A program made the translations under genes and the position numbers. A model generated the notes under the pieces. The model ran no database searches and was not told the origin of the DNA. It saw only the letters and a list, made by a program, of their open reading frames with translations. Of a DNA stretch of 64,000 nt, positions 24,900 through 38,518 are shown in pieces (within the stretch, counting starts at the first letter, position 1; each line of letters opens with the position of its first letter). This DNA comes from Centroscyllium fabricii (lineage: Eukaryota): positions 110,794,001-110,858,000 of the forward strand of contig JBNRSN020000003.1 in NCBI GenBank assembly GCA_051313645.2. The letters run 5' to 3'.

Positions 24900-27894
24900 A
24901 AGGAGCTACTTATAGTAGGGGGTGATGCACAGCCAAATATAGAGGAAAAAACAAGTCAGCCTGGAAGGCAGAGCAAATATATAATGGCACAAGGAATATG
25001 GCAAGGCTGGATGGCATTTATTTTAATGCAAGGAGTCTTGCGAGTAAGGTGGATGAATTGAAGGTTGTTGACGAACACATGGGAGTATGATATTGTTGCT
25101 ATCACAGAGACATGGTTGAGGGAGGGGCAGGACTGGCAGCTCAATAGTCCAGGATATAGAATCTTCAGGCGAGACAGAGGGGGGTGTAAAAGGAGGGGGT
25201 GTCGCAATATTAATCAAGGAGTCAATTACTGCTGTAAGGAGGGATGATCTTAGCAGGTTCCTCTAATGAGGCCATATGGGTAGAAATTAAAAATAAAAAG
25301 GGGGCAAGCACTTTGTTGGGAGTGTACTATCGGCCCCCAAACAGTCAGAGGGAGATAGAGGAACAGATATGTAGGCAAATCTCAGAGAAGTGTAGAAACA
25401 ATAGGGTAATAATAGTAGGGGCTTTCACCTTCCCCAATATTAACTGGGATAGCCAGAGTGTGAAAGGCTTAGAGGGTGCGGAATTATTAAAGTGCATCTA
25501 GGAGAGCTTTTTGAGCTAGCGTGTAGAAAGTCCTACAAGAGCGGGGGCGGTACTGGACCTAATTATAGGGAATGTAGCCGAGCAAGTGGTAGAAGTGTAA
25601 GTAGGAGTACATTTTGGTGACAGTGACCATAATTCGGTGAGATTTAAGGTAGTCATGGAAAAGGACAAAGATAGACCGGAAATAAAGGTTCTAAATTGGG
25701 GGAAGGCTGATTTTAATACGATAAGGCAGGATCTGGCCAAATCTGGCCAAAGTGGACTGGGATCAGCTACTTGTAGGGAAATCCACATCAGAGCAGTGGG
25801 AGTCCTTAAGAAAGGAAAGAGAGAGAGAGTACAACGCCAACATGTTCCTGTAAAAGGTCAAGGGTGGGACCAACAAACCCAGGGAACCCTGGATGTCAAG
25901 GGGTATACAAGAATGGATTAGGAAAAAAAGGGAGGCTTTTGGCAGATACAAAGGACTAAAATCAGTGGAAGCCCCAGATGAGTATAGAAAGTGTAGGGGG
26001 TTCTTAAAAAGAAATTAGGAGAGCAAAGAGGGGGCATGAAAAAACACTGGCAGGCGAAATAAAGGAAAATCCCAAGGTGTTTTATCAGTATATTAAGGGC
26101 AAGAGGATAACCAGGGAAAGAGTAGGACCCATTAGGGACCAAAGTGGCAATCTGTGTGCAGAGCCGGAAGATGTAGATGAGGTTTCAAACGAATATTTTG
26201 CATCTGTATTTACTATGGTGAATAACGATGTAGGCATAGAAATCAGGCAGGGGGACTGTGATATACTTGAACAAATTAGTATTGAGAGGGAGTACTAGCG
26301 GTTTAGCGGGCTTAAAAGTGGATAAATCCCCAGGCCCTGACGGGATGTAACCCAGGCTGCTGTGTGAGGCAACAGAGGAGATTGCAGGGGCTCTGACACA
26401 AATTTTCAGAACCTCCCAGGCCACAGGGGAGGTGCCAGAGGACTTGAGAACAGCTAACGTAGTACCACTGTTCAAAAAGGGTAGCAGGGATAAACCAGGG
26501 AAATACAGGCCAGTGAGCCTAACATCAGTGGTAGGGAAATTATTTGAAAAACTTCTGAGGGACAGAATTATTTGCAGGGATTAATCAGGGATAGTCAGCA
26601 TGGCTTTGTCAGGGGGAAATCATGTCTGACCAATTTGATTGAATTTTGAGAGGTGGTGACTAGGTGTGTGGATGAGGGTAGTGCAGTTGATGTAGTCTAC
26701 ATGGGCTTCAGTAAGGCTTTTGACAAAGTCCCACATGGGAGACTGGTCAAGAAGGTAAGAGCCCATGGGATCCAGGACAATTCAGCACATTGGATACAAA
26801 ATTGGCTACAAAATTGGCTTAGTGGCAGGAGGCAGAGGGTGATGGTCAAAGGTTGTTTTTGTGACTGGAAGCTTGTGTCCAGTGGTGTACCGCACTGATC
26901 GGTGCTGGGTCCTTTGCTGTTTGTAGTGTGCATTAATGATTTAGATATGAATGTAGGAGGTATGATCAGTAAGTTCGCAGATGACACAAAAATTGGTGGA
27001 GTGGTAAATAGCCAGGAGTGAAGCTTCAGGCTACAGGACGATATAGACGGGATGGTTAGATGGGCAGAACAGTGGCAAATGGAATTTAACCCTGAAAAGT
27101 GTGAGGTGATGCATTTTAGGAGGACTAACAAGGAAAGGGAATACACAATGGATGGCAGGACCCTAGGAAGGACAGAGGATCAGAAGGACCTTGGTGTGCA
27201 TGTACATAGATCCCTGAAGGCAGCAGGACAGGTAGATAAGGTGGTTAAAAAGGCATATGGGATACTTATATTCTATGCCTCGGCTAATGAAGGCAAGAGC
27301 AGGGGGGTGATGATGGAGCTGTAGAAAATGCTAGTTAGGCCACAGCTGGAGTACTGTGTGCAGTTCTGGTCGCCACGCTTTCGGAAGGATGAGATTGCAT
27401 TGGAGAGGGTGCAGAGGAGATTCACCAGAATGTTACCTGGGCTGGAGCGCTTCAGCTATGAAGAGAGACTGGACAGGCTGGGGTTGTTTTCCTCAGAGCA
27501 GAGAAGGCTGAGGGGGGACCTGATTGAGGTGTACAAAATTATGAGGGGCATAGATAGGGTAGATAGAAAGGAACTTTTCCCCTTCGTAGAGGGGTCAATA
27601 ACCAATGGGCATAGTTTCAAGGTAAGGGGCAGGAGGTTTAGAGTGGATTCGAGGAAGAACTTTTTCACCCAGACGGTGGTTGGAATCTGGAACTCACTGC
27701 CTGAAAGGGTGATAGAGGCAGGAACCTTCACAACATTCAAGAAGCATTTAGATAAGCACTTGAAATGCCATAGCATAGAAGGCTATGGACCAAGTGCTGG
27801 AAATTGTGATTAGAATAGTCAGGGCTTGATGGCCGGCGCAGACATGATGGGCCGAAGGGCCTCTTTCTCTGCTGTATAAATCTATGACTCTATG
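24900..27894 (+). mobile_element. CR1 LINE (subfamily A) with nearly complete, decayed ORF2
   Basis: Endonuclease (NARS, ITETW, YYRPP) to RT (FADD) and ctatga tail; many stops; 5' boundary approximate. Confidence 0.92.
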
Positions 27895-28789
27895 AAAGGA
27901 AATGTCCAGAATGAAACAATATTCAACCTATATTTGGGATGAATTGCTCACAAAGCAGCCATTGTGATACCAATACTCCATCCAAAATTCACTGCAGAAC
28001 AGTCAGATTCAAACATGGCAAATGTCAACTGGATTACTTTCCTCCAAATAGAACAAGAAATGTCCATTCAATGATGAACGAGGGAAAATCCTGACAGGGC
28101 TGCTCTGCCAGCGCCAGCGGGGTGGAGCCGATCTTCCATCCACCTAAATCAAAGGTCACAGATTCCCACCCAAACCCCAGAGACAGGTTCAGGTATATGG
28201 TCGGAGTAGACTTCCTACGGCTGTGAGGGCACTCGCCCTAATCCACCAGTGCAGTATCAGAGAGACTTGGAGAGCCAGCCCATGCCTAAAGAAATATTAT
28301 GGGCTAAAAATTTGGTTGAGCACTACAGGTGTAGTTTTGGGTTGAAAATGGCGCCCGAGCAGCACGCACACACTTCTGGTGTGGGCCATGGTGGATGGCA
28401 TTTTAGTGAGGGCATTAACGTCGATGCTGGGAGCGTGCACCATTTATGCAGAGTACATACACAGTGACGCCAATCAGCATGTAATGCTGATTTGATGCCA
28501 GCGCTGCCATTTCCGACCTGAAACGCTGGAGCTAATGCCCTCTATTAACCTCACACAACTGAACATGCATTCAGCAGCAGGAATTACCCTCCACCAGTGA
28601 TATTTAAAGGGATCATCACTTACTTACAGGTTAGTTGCTGATTGCTTTCTACCATGCTTTCTGTTAGCTGTTGCTGAGTTTGTAGAAGTGATACGTGCTT
28701 TCTAGACTTCTTTAAAGTTGTCTAAAGTATGACACATGCTCAAGGATTTGGTACTGACTTGCAAGGGGTCTGCTCAGATCAGTTGCTCC

Positions 28790-29660
28790 CAGAGGTGCTC
28801 ATTAAAATCTGCCACCTGCTACAGGCAGACCTGCAGCCTCAGTTCAGGTAGAGGACAGTATTGCCAATGGCCATAAAGGTGACCATTCTTTGCAACGGGC
28901 ACCTTCCAGGCTGGAGCAGGCGACATCTGTAACATCTCCCAGTTTGCCATCTACTCCTGCACGGGAGGTGAGTGAGGCTCTGCATTCAGAGAGTTGAATA
29001 CATTTCATTCTCTCTTGCCAGAGAGAAGCAGGCAAAGTGAGCACACAGCTTCGCCAAGATCCCAGGCTTCCCCATATTGCAGGGTGTCATTGACTGCACG
29101 CACGGCACTTTGCAGGTGCCACATCTCAATTCGGAGATGTACCGCAACCTGAAGGGGTTCCACTCCCTCAATGTCCAGCTGGTGTGCGACCACACTCAAC
29201 GTATCATGCAGGTCAATGCTCGGTATCCTGGCAGTAGTCATGATGCTTTCATTCTGCAGCAGTCCGCTGTACCATCAGCATTTGAGCCACTACAACAGAG
29301 GGTGGCTACTGGGTGACAAGGGCTAGCCGCTGGCCACCTGGCTCATGACGTACAATGAAAGCCACGGTGTCACACGGAATCTCAGAGCAGATCATTGGCA
29401 TCATGAAACAATGCTTCCGCTGCCTGGACCGCTCTGGAGGAGCTCTGCAGTACTTGCCAGAGTGAGCCTCAAGATTCGTCGTGGTCTGCTGCATGCTCCA
29501 CAACCTTGCCATGAGGGCAGAGTCCTCAACTAGTCGTATGCCAGCAGGCATACGACTAGTTGAGGAGGAGGAGGAGGAAGGGAAGAGGCAACCCAGAAAA
29601 CCCCTTTCTGCCCAGGATCTCCTTCATTGACTCATCCGACTATGGTATCAGTGAACACAA
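28790..29660 (+). pseudogene. Harbinger DDE transposase (HARBI1-like) remnant
   Basis: GVIDCTH, NLKGFHSLNVQLVCD, YPGSSHDAFIL, LLGDKG, FRCLD, CCMLHNLA motifs, with stops and frameshifts. Confidence 0.9.
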
Positions 29661-30683
29661 CCCCAATTCCCCATTCATCAATAATCTCACACCTTACCTT
29701 CCCTCTGTTACTGACCATCACAGCGTCCTCTTGGCCACAATGCTACTATAAAAGCCACCACAAAACAAACATTCCAAACTAATTTTGAGTCAAACCATTA
29801 TGATATTTCATTCAAAAGTCTACTAATCACCCTAATGCATTCCCTTAGTGCCAGTTTTATATGTACCTTTTCCTGTCTTAGTGCTCCTATGCAGTGCTAG
29901 CCCCAGTGCCTGCAGTATGGCTGGTGGAAGGCTGCTGACTTTCAGTCGGGGAGACTGCAGATGGCCTTGCACAACAACTTCGAGATTTCTCGGCCTAGTA
30001 GGCCCAGCTTCGGATTGCACCACCTCAGCATGGGTGGCAGCAGTCTGGCCTGGCTGTCTGACAGGCAAGGACACTGGCGGAGTGGCAGTGGTGGGAGCAT
30101 GAATGCTATCATCCAGAGAGGGCAGCATGTCCATCCTCTATAGAGCCACTGCCACAGCCCCAGGGCAGCGCCTCACTAATCCCAGTAATCTGTTGGGGGA
30201 CAGATTGCTGGACTGCTGTGACACCCCGGAAGCCCCTTTCAACACTGCTAACCACAGCCATGATGGCAGCAATCTGTGCTTGCGTGGCAACAAGCTGAGC
30301 TTGCATAATTTCAGACTAAGCTTCTATTGCAGCACAAGTAGAAGTCACCCAAAGCTTTGGGTGACTTCTGCTTGTGCAGCAATGGAAGCGGAGACATCAC
30401 CAGCAGACGCTGCATGATGGTTGTAATGTGATCAACACACGGTCACAGACACGGGATGTATTCGTTCAGCCATTAACTCTCTCGAGACTGCTTTTTTATT
30501 TTACTTTCACTTTTTGTTTACCCTCCGTTGCCCCCTACTGGGCGGAGGGTAACTATCACCACATCTCCCTTTCTAAACAGACTTTGAAGACTATTCATTT
30601 ACTGCTAACATTTCAAATGACCTTCTTTCAAATCATTACTTTTTTACTGTGCTTAAGAAATAACAAACTCTAACAAACATAAC

Positions 30684-31493
30684 GAGCCAGAAATTAGCCC
30701 TGGAGCCTTCGTGCGGCTGCAGTGCTGTTATTTGCACATACCCAGCACTTTTTCAGTTTTGAGTTTTTGCACTGTGACTTTCCGAGTTGCACAGCTTGTC
30801 AGAGCTCTGTGCAAGCTCCTTGTGCAACTGAATGGCGTAATTAGTTCGAAATCTCCCACGAGATCACGTGATCGGCAGGGAGCCAATCAATGGAAGCAAT
30901 CCTCCATTAAAAACTTACACGGAGAAATCTGTGTAAGTTTTCAAAAGAGAGATCTTCCAAAACATATCTAAACTCAAAAATAAAAATTTTAAAACACCAC
31001 ATTTTTTAACAGTACTCCAACTATCATAAATTACTTACTTTAAAGAAAAAATAAAAGTTTTGAAAAACTTTTTAAACTCTTTAACAGGCCTAAAAGAATA
31101 CTTACCTGTCTTTAAAGTTAACAATAATTATAAACATAAAAGAACACTTAAAATCAATAAAATAAAGACTTACCTGCTAAAAACGGGTGCTTACGACTGC
31201 TATTTCCAAACGTAGAATCTTCACTACTTACCCCGATGAAAATCTTAGAAAGAAAATTGGAAAGTTACTGCAGCTGCAAACGGCTGCTTCATGCGAGTTG
31301 GAGCTCTGGTGCGCTCGTACCAGAGATCCAACAGGATATCCGCGATCGGAAAGATCGGGCCAACATCTCTAATGCACAACGTATCTCTTCTTTTTCCTTT
31401 TTTTAAACATGAATAATGCAAGCAGAGTAAGGTTGGAGGGACAAGGTGACTGCCTGAACCCTCCACCAAGTACCTCGGGTATTATTCTGACCC
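30684..31493. mobile_element. Probable Harbinger-type non-autonomous element in the 3' UTR of Gypsy E
   Basis: Imperfect TIRs gagccagaaatt / tattctgaccc, flanks aac / aat, non-Gypsy content between pol stop and LTR. Confidence 0.5.
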
Positions 31494-31520
31494 AATGAGG
31501 TGTCTTGGTTCTTAAGCTAT

Positions 31521-34500
31521 TCATGTTGCAAAGTCCTGGAGGAATGAAGGAGGATTGCGGACCCTTTCAGGGTATCGTCTGGAACCCGATGGAGGTGGGA
31601 TATCCCCTGTGGGTGGAGGAGTTCCAGGAACCACATCCCCATTGTAGTCATTCGGAATGGAAGGCTCATCAGCAGCATCTGGTGGCTGCTGTGTAAGTGC
31701 GAGGTGTCTGCGGTTCCTGCGAACAATCTGGCCCTGGATATCAACCAGATACGATCTTGGGGTGTTGGCCTGTTCTTGCACAATGCCTCTTTTGTGGGAG
31801 TCACGTATCCACACATAGTCACCTGGAAGGAGTGGACACAAGGGCTTAGCTCTGTGGCGACTGTTAAAGTTGACCTGTTGTCTTAATTTAGATTGTTTGT
31901 CCTTGTCTGTAAAATTCTGGAAGTTGCGCCAGCCTGGGGCAGGAGTGATGGCATAGTTAGCACAGTTGTACGAAGCTTTCTGCCTTGTAGCAACTCAGCA
32001 GGGCTGAATCCACTAGAAAGAGGTGTGGAGCAGTATGCAAGGAGTGCCCGGTATGGGTCAGGTGACTTTTTAAAAGCTGTTTGGCAGTCTGGACAGCGCA
32101 CTCGGCATCCCCATTGCTTTGAGGATACAGAGGACTGGATGTGACATGAGTGAAGTCCCAGCTGTCGGCAAATGAGCGAAAGGTGACCGAGGCAAACTGG
32201 GGGCCATTATCTGTTCGGACCCGCAGTGGGACCCCTAGGCAGGCAAAGCAGGATTTCATACATTCAACGACTGCATGTGAGGTGGTGGAGAGGAGCTTGA
32301 AAACTTCAATGAACTTAGAGAAGTAGTCAAACATTACCAGGTAAGTTGTTATCCAAATGAAATGGATCAACCCCAACCTTCTGCCATGGGCCCTCAGGGG
32401 TGTCATCTGGAATCAATGGCTCTGGTGGTTGTTGTCTCATTTCGGCACAGCTTGGGCATTGTTGTACTTTACGTTGTAGTTGACCGCTTAACCCAGGCCA
32501 CCAGACAGAACACCTGGCTCATGCTCTGCATTTTGTGATCCCTTGATGGCCATCATGCAGTTTGTTCAGAATGTCTTTCTGCATTGATGCTGGAATGACC
32601 AACCGGCACCCTTGTAGCAGCAATCCTTGTGCAATAGTGAGGGAACCTGAAATAGCTGCGTAAGGTCTAAGAGTGTTGTCAAGTTTCGCATGATCTGGCC
32701 AGCACTCACGGCAGTATGTGAAGACCTGACGAAGTAGTTCATCCATTTCCTGTTCTTGACGAAGTGCAGCCAGGCATTTCTCGGTAATGGGCAGTGCAGT
32801 GAGTATTGAGTGTACATAATTCTCTATGCACTGCACCTCAGAGAAATCATTCACCGGCGGCTGGTAGGGAGCTCTGGAGAGGACATCGACAGTTGCTAGG
32901 CTCTTCCCTGGCACATGTGATGTAGTGAAGTGAAAGTGCATGAGTCGCATCCGAAAGCGCTGAATGCGGGGGGACAACTTGTCCAGGTTTTTAGATCCCA
33001 ATAGTGTAAGGAGGGGCTTGTGATCTGTTTTGACCTGGAATGTCATGCCTATTCGGAAGTCTCTATAGCGCTCACACGCCGATGTGATGGCCAGGGCCTC
33101 CTTTTCAATCTGCGCATAGTGCTGCTCTGTTTTTGAAAGGGCTCGTGAAGCATAGGCTACAGGGTGCCAGTCAGTGTCAGGTCTCTTTTGCAAAAGGACT
33201 GCACCCAAGCCAAATGATGAGGCATCAGCTGACACTTTAGTGAGTGTATTGGGGTCATACAGTGCAAGGCCTGGCGGGGTGGTTCGCTCCGTCTTTATCT
33301 CAGTGAAAGCTTGGGACTGCTGGGGTCCCCAATACCATGAGGTCTGCCTATTGAGGAGATCCCGGAGTGGCTTGGTTTTATCGGCTAGATGGGCTACGTA
33401 TTTGCCCAAGTGATTGACCAGGCCCATGAAGTGTCATATTTCAGATACATTCCTTGGCGTGGCCATGTGTGTGAGGGCCTTGACTTGGTCAGGATCTGCT
33501 CTGACACCGGTCCCGCTGATGATCTGGCTGATATATTTCACCTGTGTTTTGGCAAATTCACATTTGGAGTCGAGTGTAAGTCCAGCTTTCTGTAGTCTAC
33601 CGAGAATTGCAAACAGCTGCCGATCGTGCTGTTCCTGGGTTGCGCCAAACACCAACACATCATCCATTTGGTATAAGACACCATCAAGTCCCTGAAAGAG
33701 GCGGGACATGCGGCGCTGGAAATGCTCCGGGGCGGAGGATATTCCAAAGGGCAGTCTGTGGAAACAGTAACGTCCGAATGGCGGGATGAACGTGGTAAGA
33801 TGTTTAGACTCCTCTGTCAAGGGTATTTGCCAGAAACCAGATTGAGCATCAAGCGTTGTAAAAACCTTTGCATCTTTCAGCTGCCCCAGAGTGTGCTCTA
33901 TGCAGGGTAAGAGATGCTGCTCTCTACAGACACTTTCAATGAGTTTTGTTCAGTCTACGCAGATTCTGATTTTTCCGTTAGGTTTTGGGACTACAACCAT
34001 TCCGGAGCACCAGGCTGTGGGTTCCTCAACTCTTGCAATTATCCCCAGTTGCTCCATGTGGGTTAGTTCCTCCTTAACGTTGGACATAAGGGGGAGCGAG
34101 ACACGTCGGGTGTAGAGCGAGCAAATGGTTTGGCCTCTGGCTTGAGGCGAATGTGATACTCCACTTGCAGTCGCCCAATGCCTTGAAACAGTCTGGGGAA
34201 CGGTTATCTGACCTCCCGTTCGAGGTCCATAGATACTGTCTCAGCTACTTGTGGGTCCACCCTGGACACCAGATGCAGAGAAATGATGGCGGGGCGACCG
34301 CGTACCACATACACAACCTGCTTTGTAGACCGTGGACCATGGGTCATGCTAGCTGAAAGTTTTCCTCTGACATTCAACGGGATGTGACCAGGCCCCTGAA
34401 GAACCTTAGAGGTGCTCTGAAGAGCCTCTTGACCCAAGTTGTTGTAGAGGCACTCTGCGATGACAGCAACATCAGCCCCTGTATCGATTTTGAATTCAGT

Positions 34501-35452
34501 CATGTGACCACACAGGCTTCGGGTGATGGTCTACGGCTGGTCCTGCCCATCTCCAATTGACCCCAGGAAGGCTATCTCATCATTGTCGTCCTCTGATATT
34601 TCAGCAACCGCAGGTGTGGATCGGCAAACTGCAGCAAAATGTCCTTTTTTTCTGGCAATTCCTGCAGCTAACATCTTTGGCTGGACAGATTTGTCTATTG
34701 TGTACACTCCGGCCACACCATCTGCAACTCCGCAGATGTGCTTGGAAATGTGTTCCAGGTTGAGTTCCAGTGCGAGGCCTCTGTACATATTCACGTGAGT
34801 CAGTTTGTCTTGATTTGGTAGAAAAATGTTTTTGGGGGCTTGATTGTCGGGGGGGGGGGGCACTTATGGTTTCAATGGACTCCTCTTCCTCATTACTATC
34901 TTTCTGAAGCATTGATTGCTGTTTCTTTATTATTTCATTTTGGAAAACCTGGGTTTTTGCTTTGTCAACTGTGAGGTCTGGATCCATCTGTAATTTTCCA
35001 GAGAGTTTAAGATCCCTTAGTCCAACAACCAATCTGTCACAAATTAGTTTGTCCCACATAGCTCCATATTCACAGTGTTCTATGAGCTCATATAGTGCTT
35101 TAATGAAGCTATCACCCGATTCCGCTCTCTCCTGCACGCGCCTATGGAATCTTGCGCGTTCAAATATCCAATTCCTCCGCGGGATGAAATGATTAGACAA
35201 CACCGTTTTAACTGTGTCATAGCTTTTCAGTTGATCAGCTGCAATATTCCTGCACCGGACGATCGCTTCAGCCTCCGCTCCCAAAGAACATAATAGCGTG
35301 TTGACCTGTTTTTCCTCTGACTGTTTATCAAGGCCTGAAGCCTGTCTGAAGCGTTCAAATCTGTTGAGCCACAACGGCCACACTTCCGGCCATGTAAAAT
35401 CAAATTCAGAGGGGAGAGAAATCTGAAAGAATGCAGGGCTTTGAGTGGCCAT
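31521..35452 (-). pseudogene. gag-pol of Gypsy E
   Basis: Gag (WLNRFERF), PR (IDTGAD), RT (QMDD), RNase H (ADAS), IN (TDNGPQF); several frameshifts. Confidence 0.92.
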
Positions 35453-36212
35453 GATAGTAAGCAACGTGGGCCAATTACATTTTTGTCTTCTCTCTCAGTC
35501 TCTCTTGTTTATCTCCGTCTTGGCTTAACTAGTTATCGTAAACTTTCACTCACCGGGAGCTGACTGGTTTCACTGGGAAAGTTAGTTCCATTGAGGCGGA
35601 CAGTCATTCACATGGGTATTTTGGGTCCTTGCCACTTCTGTCACCATGTAATGTGATCAACACACGGACACAGACACAGGATGTATTGTTTCTGCCATTA
35701 ACTCTCTCAAGGCTGCTTCTTTATTTTACCTTCACTTTTTGTTTACCCTCCGTTGCCCCCTACTGGGCGGAGGGTAACTATCACCACAATGGTTGGGGCC
35801 ACAAGTATGCTAATACATCTGCCCACCCCTTCCATGTTAGAAAGGTTGGGCTCCATGGTCTGCACAAAGCCCTATGCAAGGTTGGAGCTGGACTCCTCGA
35901 TGCTCCTCGACATGCATTCAGGCTTCCTCGCAGGCGTGCCAATGCACCAAGCATTTTGCTGTGCATACCCATCAGCTTTGTTCTGTAGGCCACCCCATCG
36001 AAGTCCTCATCTGAGTCCTATGCAGCAGAACCCGTGTGCAACCTCGCCGTCCGGGGAGCTGGCACCTGCACTGGCCTTTCCCCCCTGCCCCGGCTGTAGC
36101 CCACTTGACCCCGGTGAGACACCATGTGCAGATCCCGCCCCTAAGCTACCCTCAAGTCTGTACAGTGCCAGTATCTGAACTGGTGGCTGCAAGTGTCAGA
36201 TTAAGCGACTAT

Positions 36213-36935
36213 GAGGGAAAAATTGTGTTGCGCTCCGTTTGGGGCGCTAACCTCAGAAATTAGCACCCTGAAAAAGTTTGCGATGTTGCGCCTAAAACTG
36301 GGTTTTAGTACCCCAAGTAGGAGGTGGGGCACTACTGCAGGTGCCCCACCTCATTCCTTGGGCGCACCAACTCAATTTTGGCCGCTGCGCCACGCTCTGC
36401 AGCACGCCGCGCCATGGCACTGCAGGCCTCCCTCCCCTTCTTAAAGGGGAGTGGCCTAGCATGGCATGGCCCGGAGCCCCGCCGGACCGCCAGGGATCAC
36501 AGTGCCGCCAAAGGAGCCCAGCAGCTGAGGGAAGTGCCGGGCTCATGGAGCACAGCCAGCACTCCGTGGGGGGCATCGGGGAAGTCCGGGGACGACTGGG
36601 GGGGCGGGGGGGCAGGTGCTGGCAGGCGGCTAGCAAGAAAAATGGCCGCCTGGCACCCCCCTTTAAATAGCGCTGACCCGGCTGTTGCTGCGTCCCCCTG
36701 ACCCTGTCGGTGACAGCGTCCGGCGCTACGTCAGGGGGGCGCAAGTGAAGTTAGAGGCCGGGGCACGAGCGAGGTGCTGCGCACGGTAATTATGTCATCG
36801 GCGGCGGCGCAGTGCCATGGGGTGCTACCGGCTGCCGCCGCCACCAGTGCCTCGCTGAATATAACGGGAGACGCCAGCCCAGCCCAGCCCTCTTAGGGCG
36901 CTAACGGCTGGCGCAAGCAACCCAATTCTTCCCCC
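36213..36935. mobile_element. GC-rich Harbinger-type MITE, same family as 2122-2737
   Basis: TIRs gagggaaaaattgtgttgc / gcaacccaattcttccccc; internal homology to the first copy; flanks rejoin to the sequence seen near 22200-22230; TSD decayed (tat / cgt). Confidence 0.8.
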
Positions 36936-36975
36936 CGTGTCTCTTCTTCATCACCACTTTCCTCTTCCACCAGTA

Positions 36976-38035
36976 AGAGGAAGAGGAGGAAGCAGAAGAG
37001 GACGAAGCAATCCAGATAGCACATTTCTGGCCGGGATATCCGCGATCAAATCATCGGCGGCACGGTGGCATAGTGGTTAGCACTGTTGCCTTACAGCACT
37101 AGAGACCCGGGTTCAAATCCAGCCTCTGGTACTATCTGTGTGGAGTTTGCACATTCTCCCCGTGTCTGCGTGGGTTTCCTCCGGGTGCTCCGGTTTCCTC
37201 CCACAGTCCAAAGATGTGCGGGTTAGGTTGATTGGCCATGATAAATTGACCCTTAGTGTTAGTGGGATTGAATATGTGGGGTTACTGGGATAGGGTGGGA
37301 TATGTGTCGGTGCAGGCTCGAGAGGGATATGGGGACAAGGCAGGGACAGAGTTTGGATGATCAGCCATGATCTCATTGAATGGCGGAGCAGGCTCGAAGG
37401 GCCGAATGGCCTACTCCTGCTCCTAGTTTCTATGTTTCTATTCACCTGCAGTACCAGTGAACAAAACCTCAATTCCACTTTCAACATTTGTCTCACAACT
37501 TAACTTCCCATCACAGCATCCGCTTGGCCACAATGCTGAAATAAAAGCCACCAAAAAACAAACTTTCCAATCCAACTTTATCCATATATGTATCCAATAT
37601 TACATCAAAAAATCAACTAATCACCCTTGTGCATTCCCTTAATGAGTTTCTTGCGTGTGAATTTGCCTATCCTCATGCTCTTATGCAGTGCTACCCCAGT
37701 GGCTGCAGTACAGCTGGTGGAAACTGCTGACTTTCAGTGGGGGAGACTGCAGATAACCTTGCAGGACAACCTCAAGGAGCTGGTGGGTGGGAGTGTGAAA
37801 TCAAGTGACAGTGTTGGTTCTTTTTCACTCTCCTCGCCCTTTTCCACTCTTCTCGCCCTTTTCCTGGTCAACCACTGGCTGGTCAGGTTGGATTTCTTGG
37901 GTCTCTGAAATGAGAAAGGCACATTGGTAGGGTTGTGGTGAGAGGAGAGGCGGGGTAGGAGAAAGCAAGATGTGCATGCTTACACCATCTGCAGCTTGTA
38001 AGTCACAAGAGATTGTGGGATGAGGGGGGGAAGTG
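36976..38035. mobile_element. Third Harbinger fragment (convergent 3' ends of transposase and Myb genes)
   Basis: Homologous to 29560-29990 and 22200-22400. Confidence 0.7.
37056..37440 (+). mobile_element. Full-length tRNA-derived V-SINE (HE1-like)
   Basis: A box tggcatagtgg, B box gttcaaatcc (37111-37120), V core tgtggagtttgcacattctccccgtg, CR1-type 3' tail ending ttctatgtttcta. Confidence 0.92.
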
Positions 38036-38518
38036 GAAGGAGGCAGTTCAGAGAAGGTTGACTCAGTTGATTCCTGGGATGAAGGGTTTGCCTCATGAGG
38101 AAAGGTTGAGCAGATTGGGCCTATACTCATTGGAGTTTAGAAGAACGAGAGGTGATCTCATGGAAACATACAAGATTCTGAGGGGGCTTGACAGGGTAAA
38201 TGCTGAGAGAATATTGCCCCTCGTGGGGGAACCTAGAACTAGGAATCATAGTTTCAGAATAAGGGATCGCCCATTTAATGCGCCGACGAGGAGGAATTTC
38301 TATTCAGAGGGTCGTGAATCTTTGGAATTCTCTACCCCAGAGAGCTGTGGAGGCTGAGTCAGTGAATATATTCAAGGCTCAGAGACAGATTTTAGAACTA
38401 TAGGGGAGTCAAGGGTTATGGGGAACAGACAGAAAAGTGTAGTTGAGGCGAAGATCAGATCAGCCATGATCTTATTGAATGGCAGAGCAGGCTCCTGCTC
38501 CTATTTCTTATGTTCTTA
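38035..38518 (+). mobile_element. CR1 3' fragment
   Basis: EAVQRRLTQLIPGMKGL...LGLYSLEFRR peptide and ttcttatgttctta tail. Confidence 0.88.

Larger units (their letters stand above)
30422..35788 (-). mobile_element. Ty3/Gypsy LTR retrotransposon E (Mag-like), full length but decayed
   Basis: 142-bp LTRs 30422-30563 and 35647-35788, TSD atggt, PBS tggtgacagaagtgg (tRNA-Leu-like) 35632-35646, PPT agaaagggaga. Confidence 0.95.
28301..36975. mobile_element. PIF/Harbinger transposon 2 (defective), interrupted by Gypsy E and a MITE
   Basis: Starts gggctaaaaatttgg; transposase on plus strand; Myb-gene 3' region on minus strand (29830-30421, 35789-36975) homologous to 21116-22260; right end not found. 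Confidence 0.75.

Noticed and set aside
28790-29660. Domesticated HARBI1 or NAIF1 host genes
   Set aside because: Stops, frameshifts, multiple copies and transposon context indicate decayed Harbinger elements.
37056-37130. tRNA gene
   Set aside because: A and B boxes run straight into a V core and CR1 tail, so this is a SINE head.
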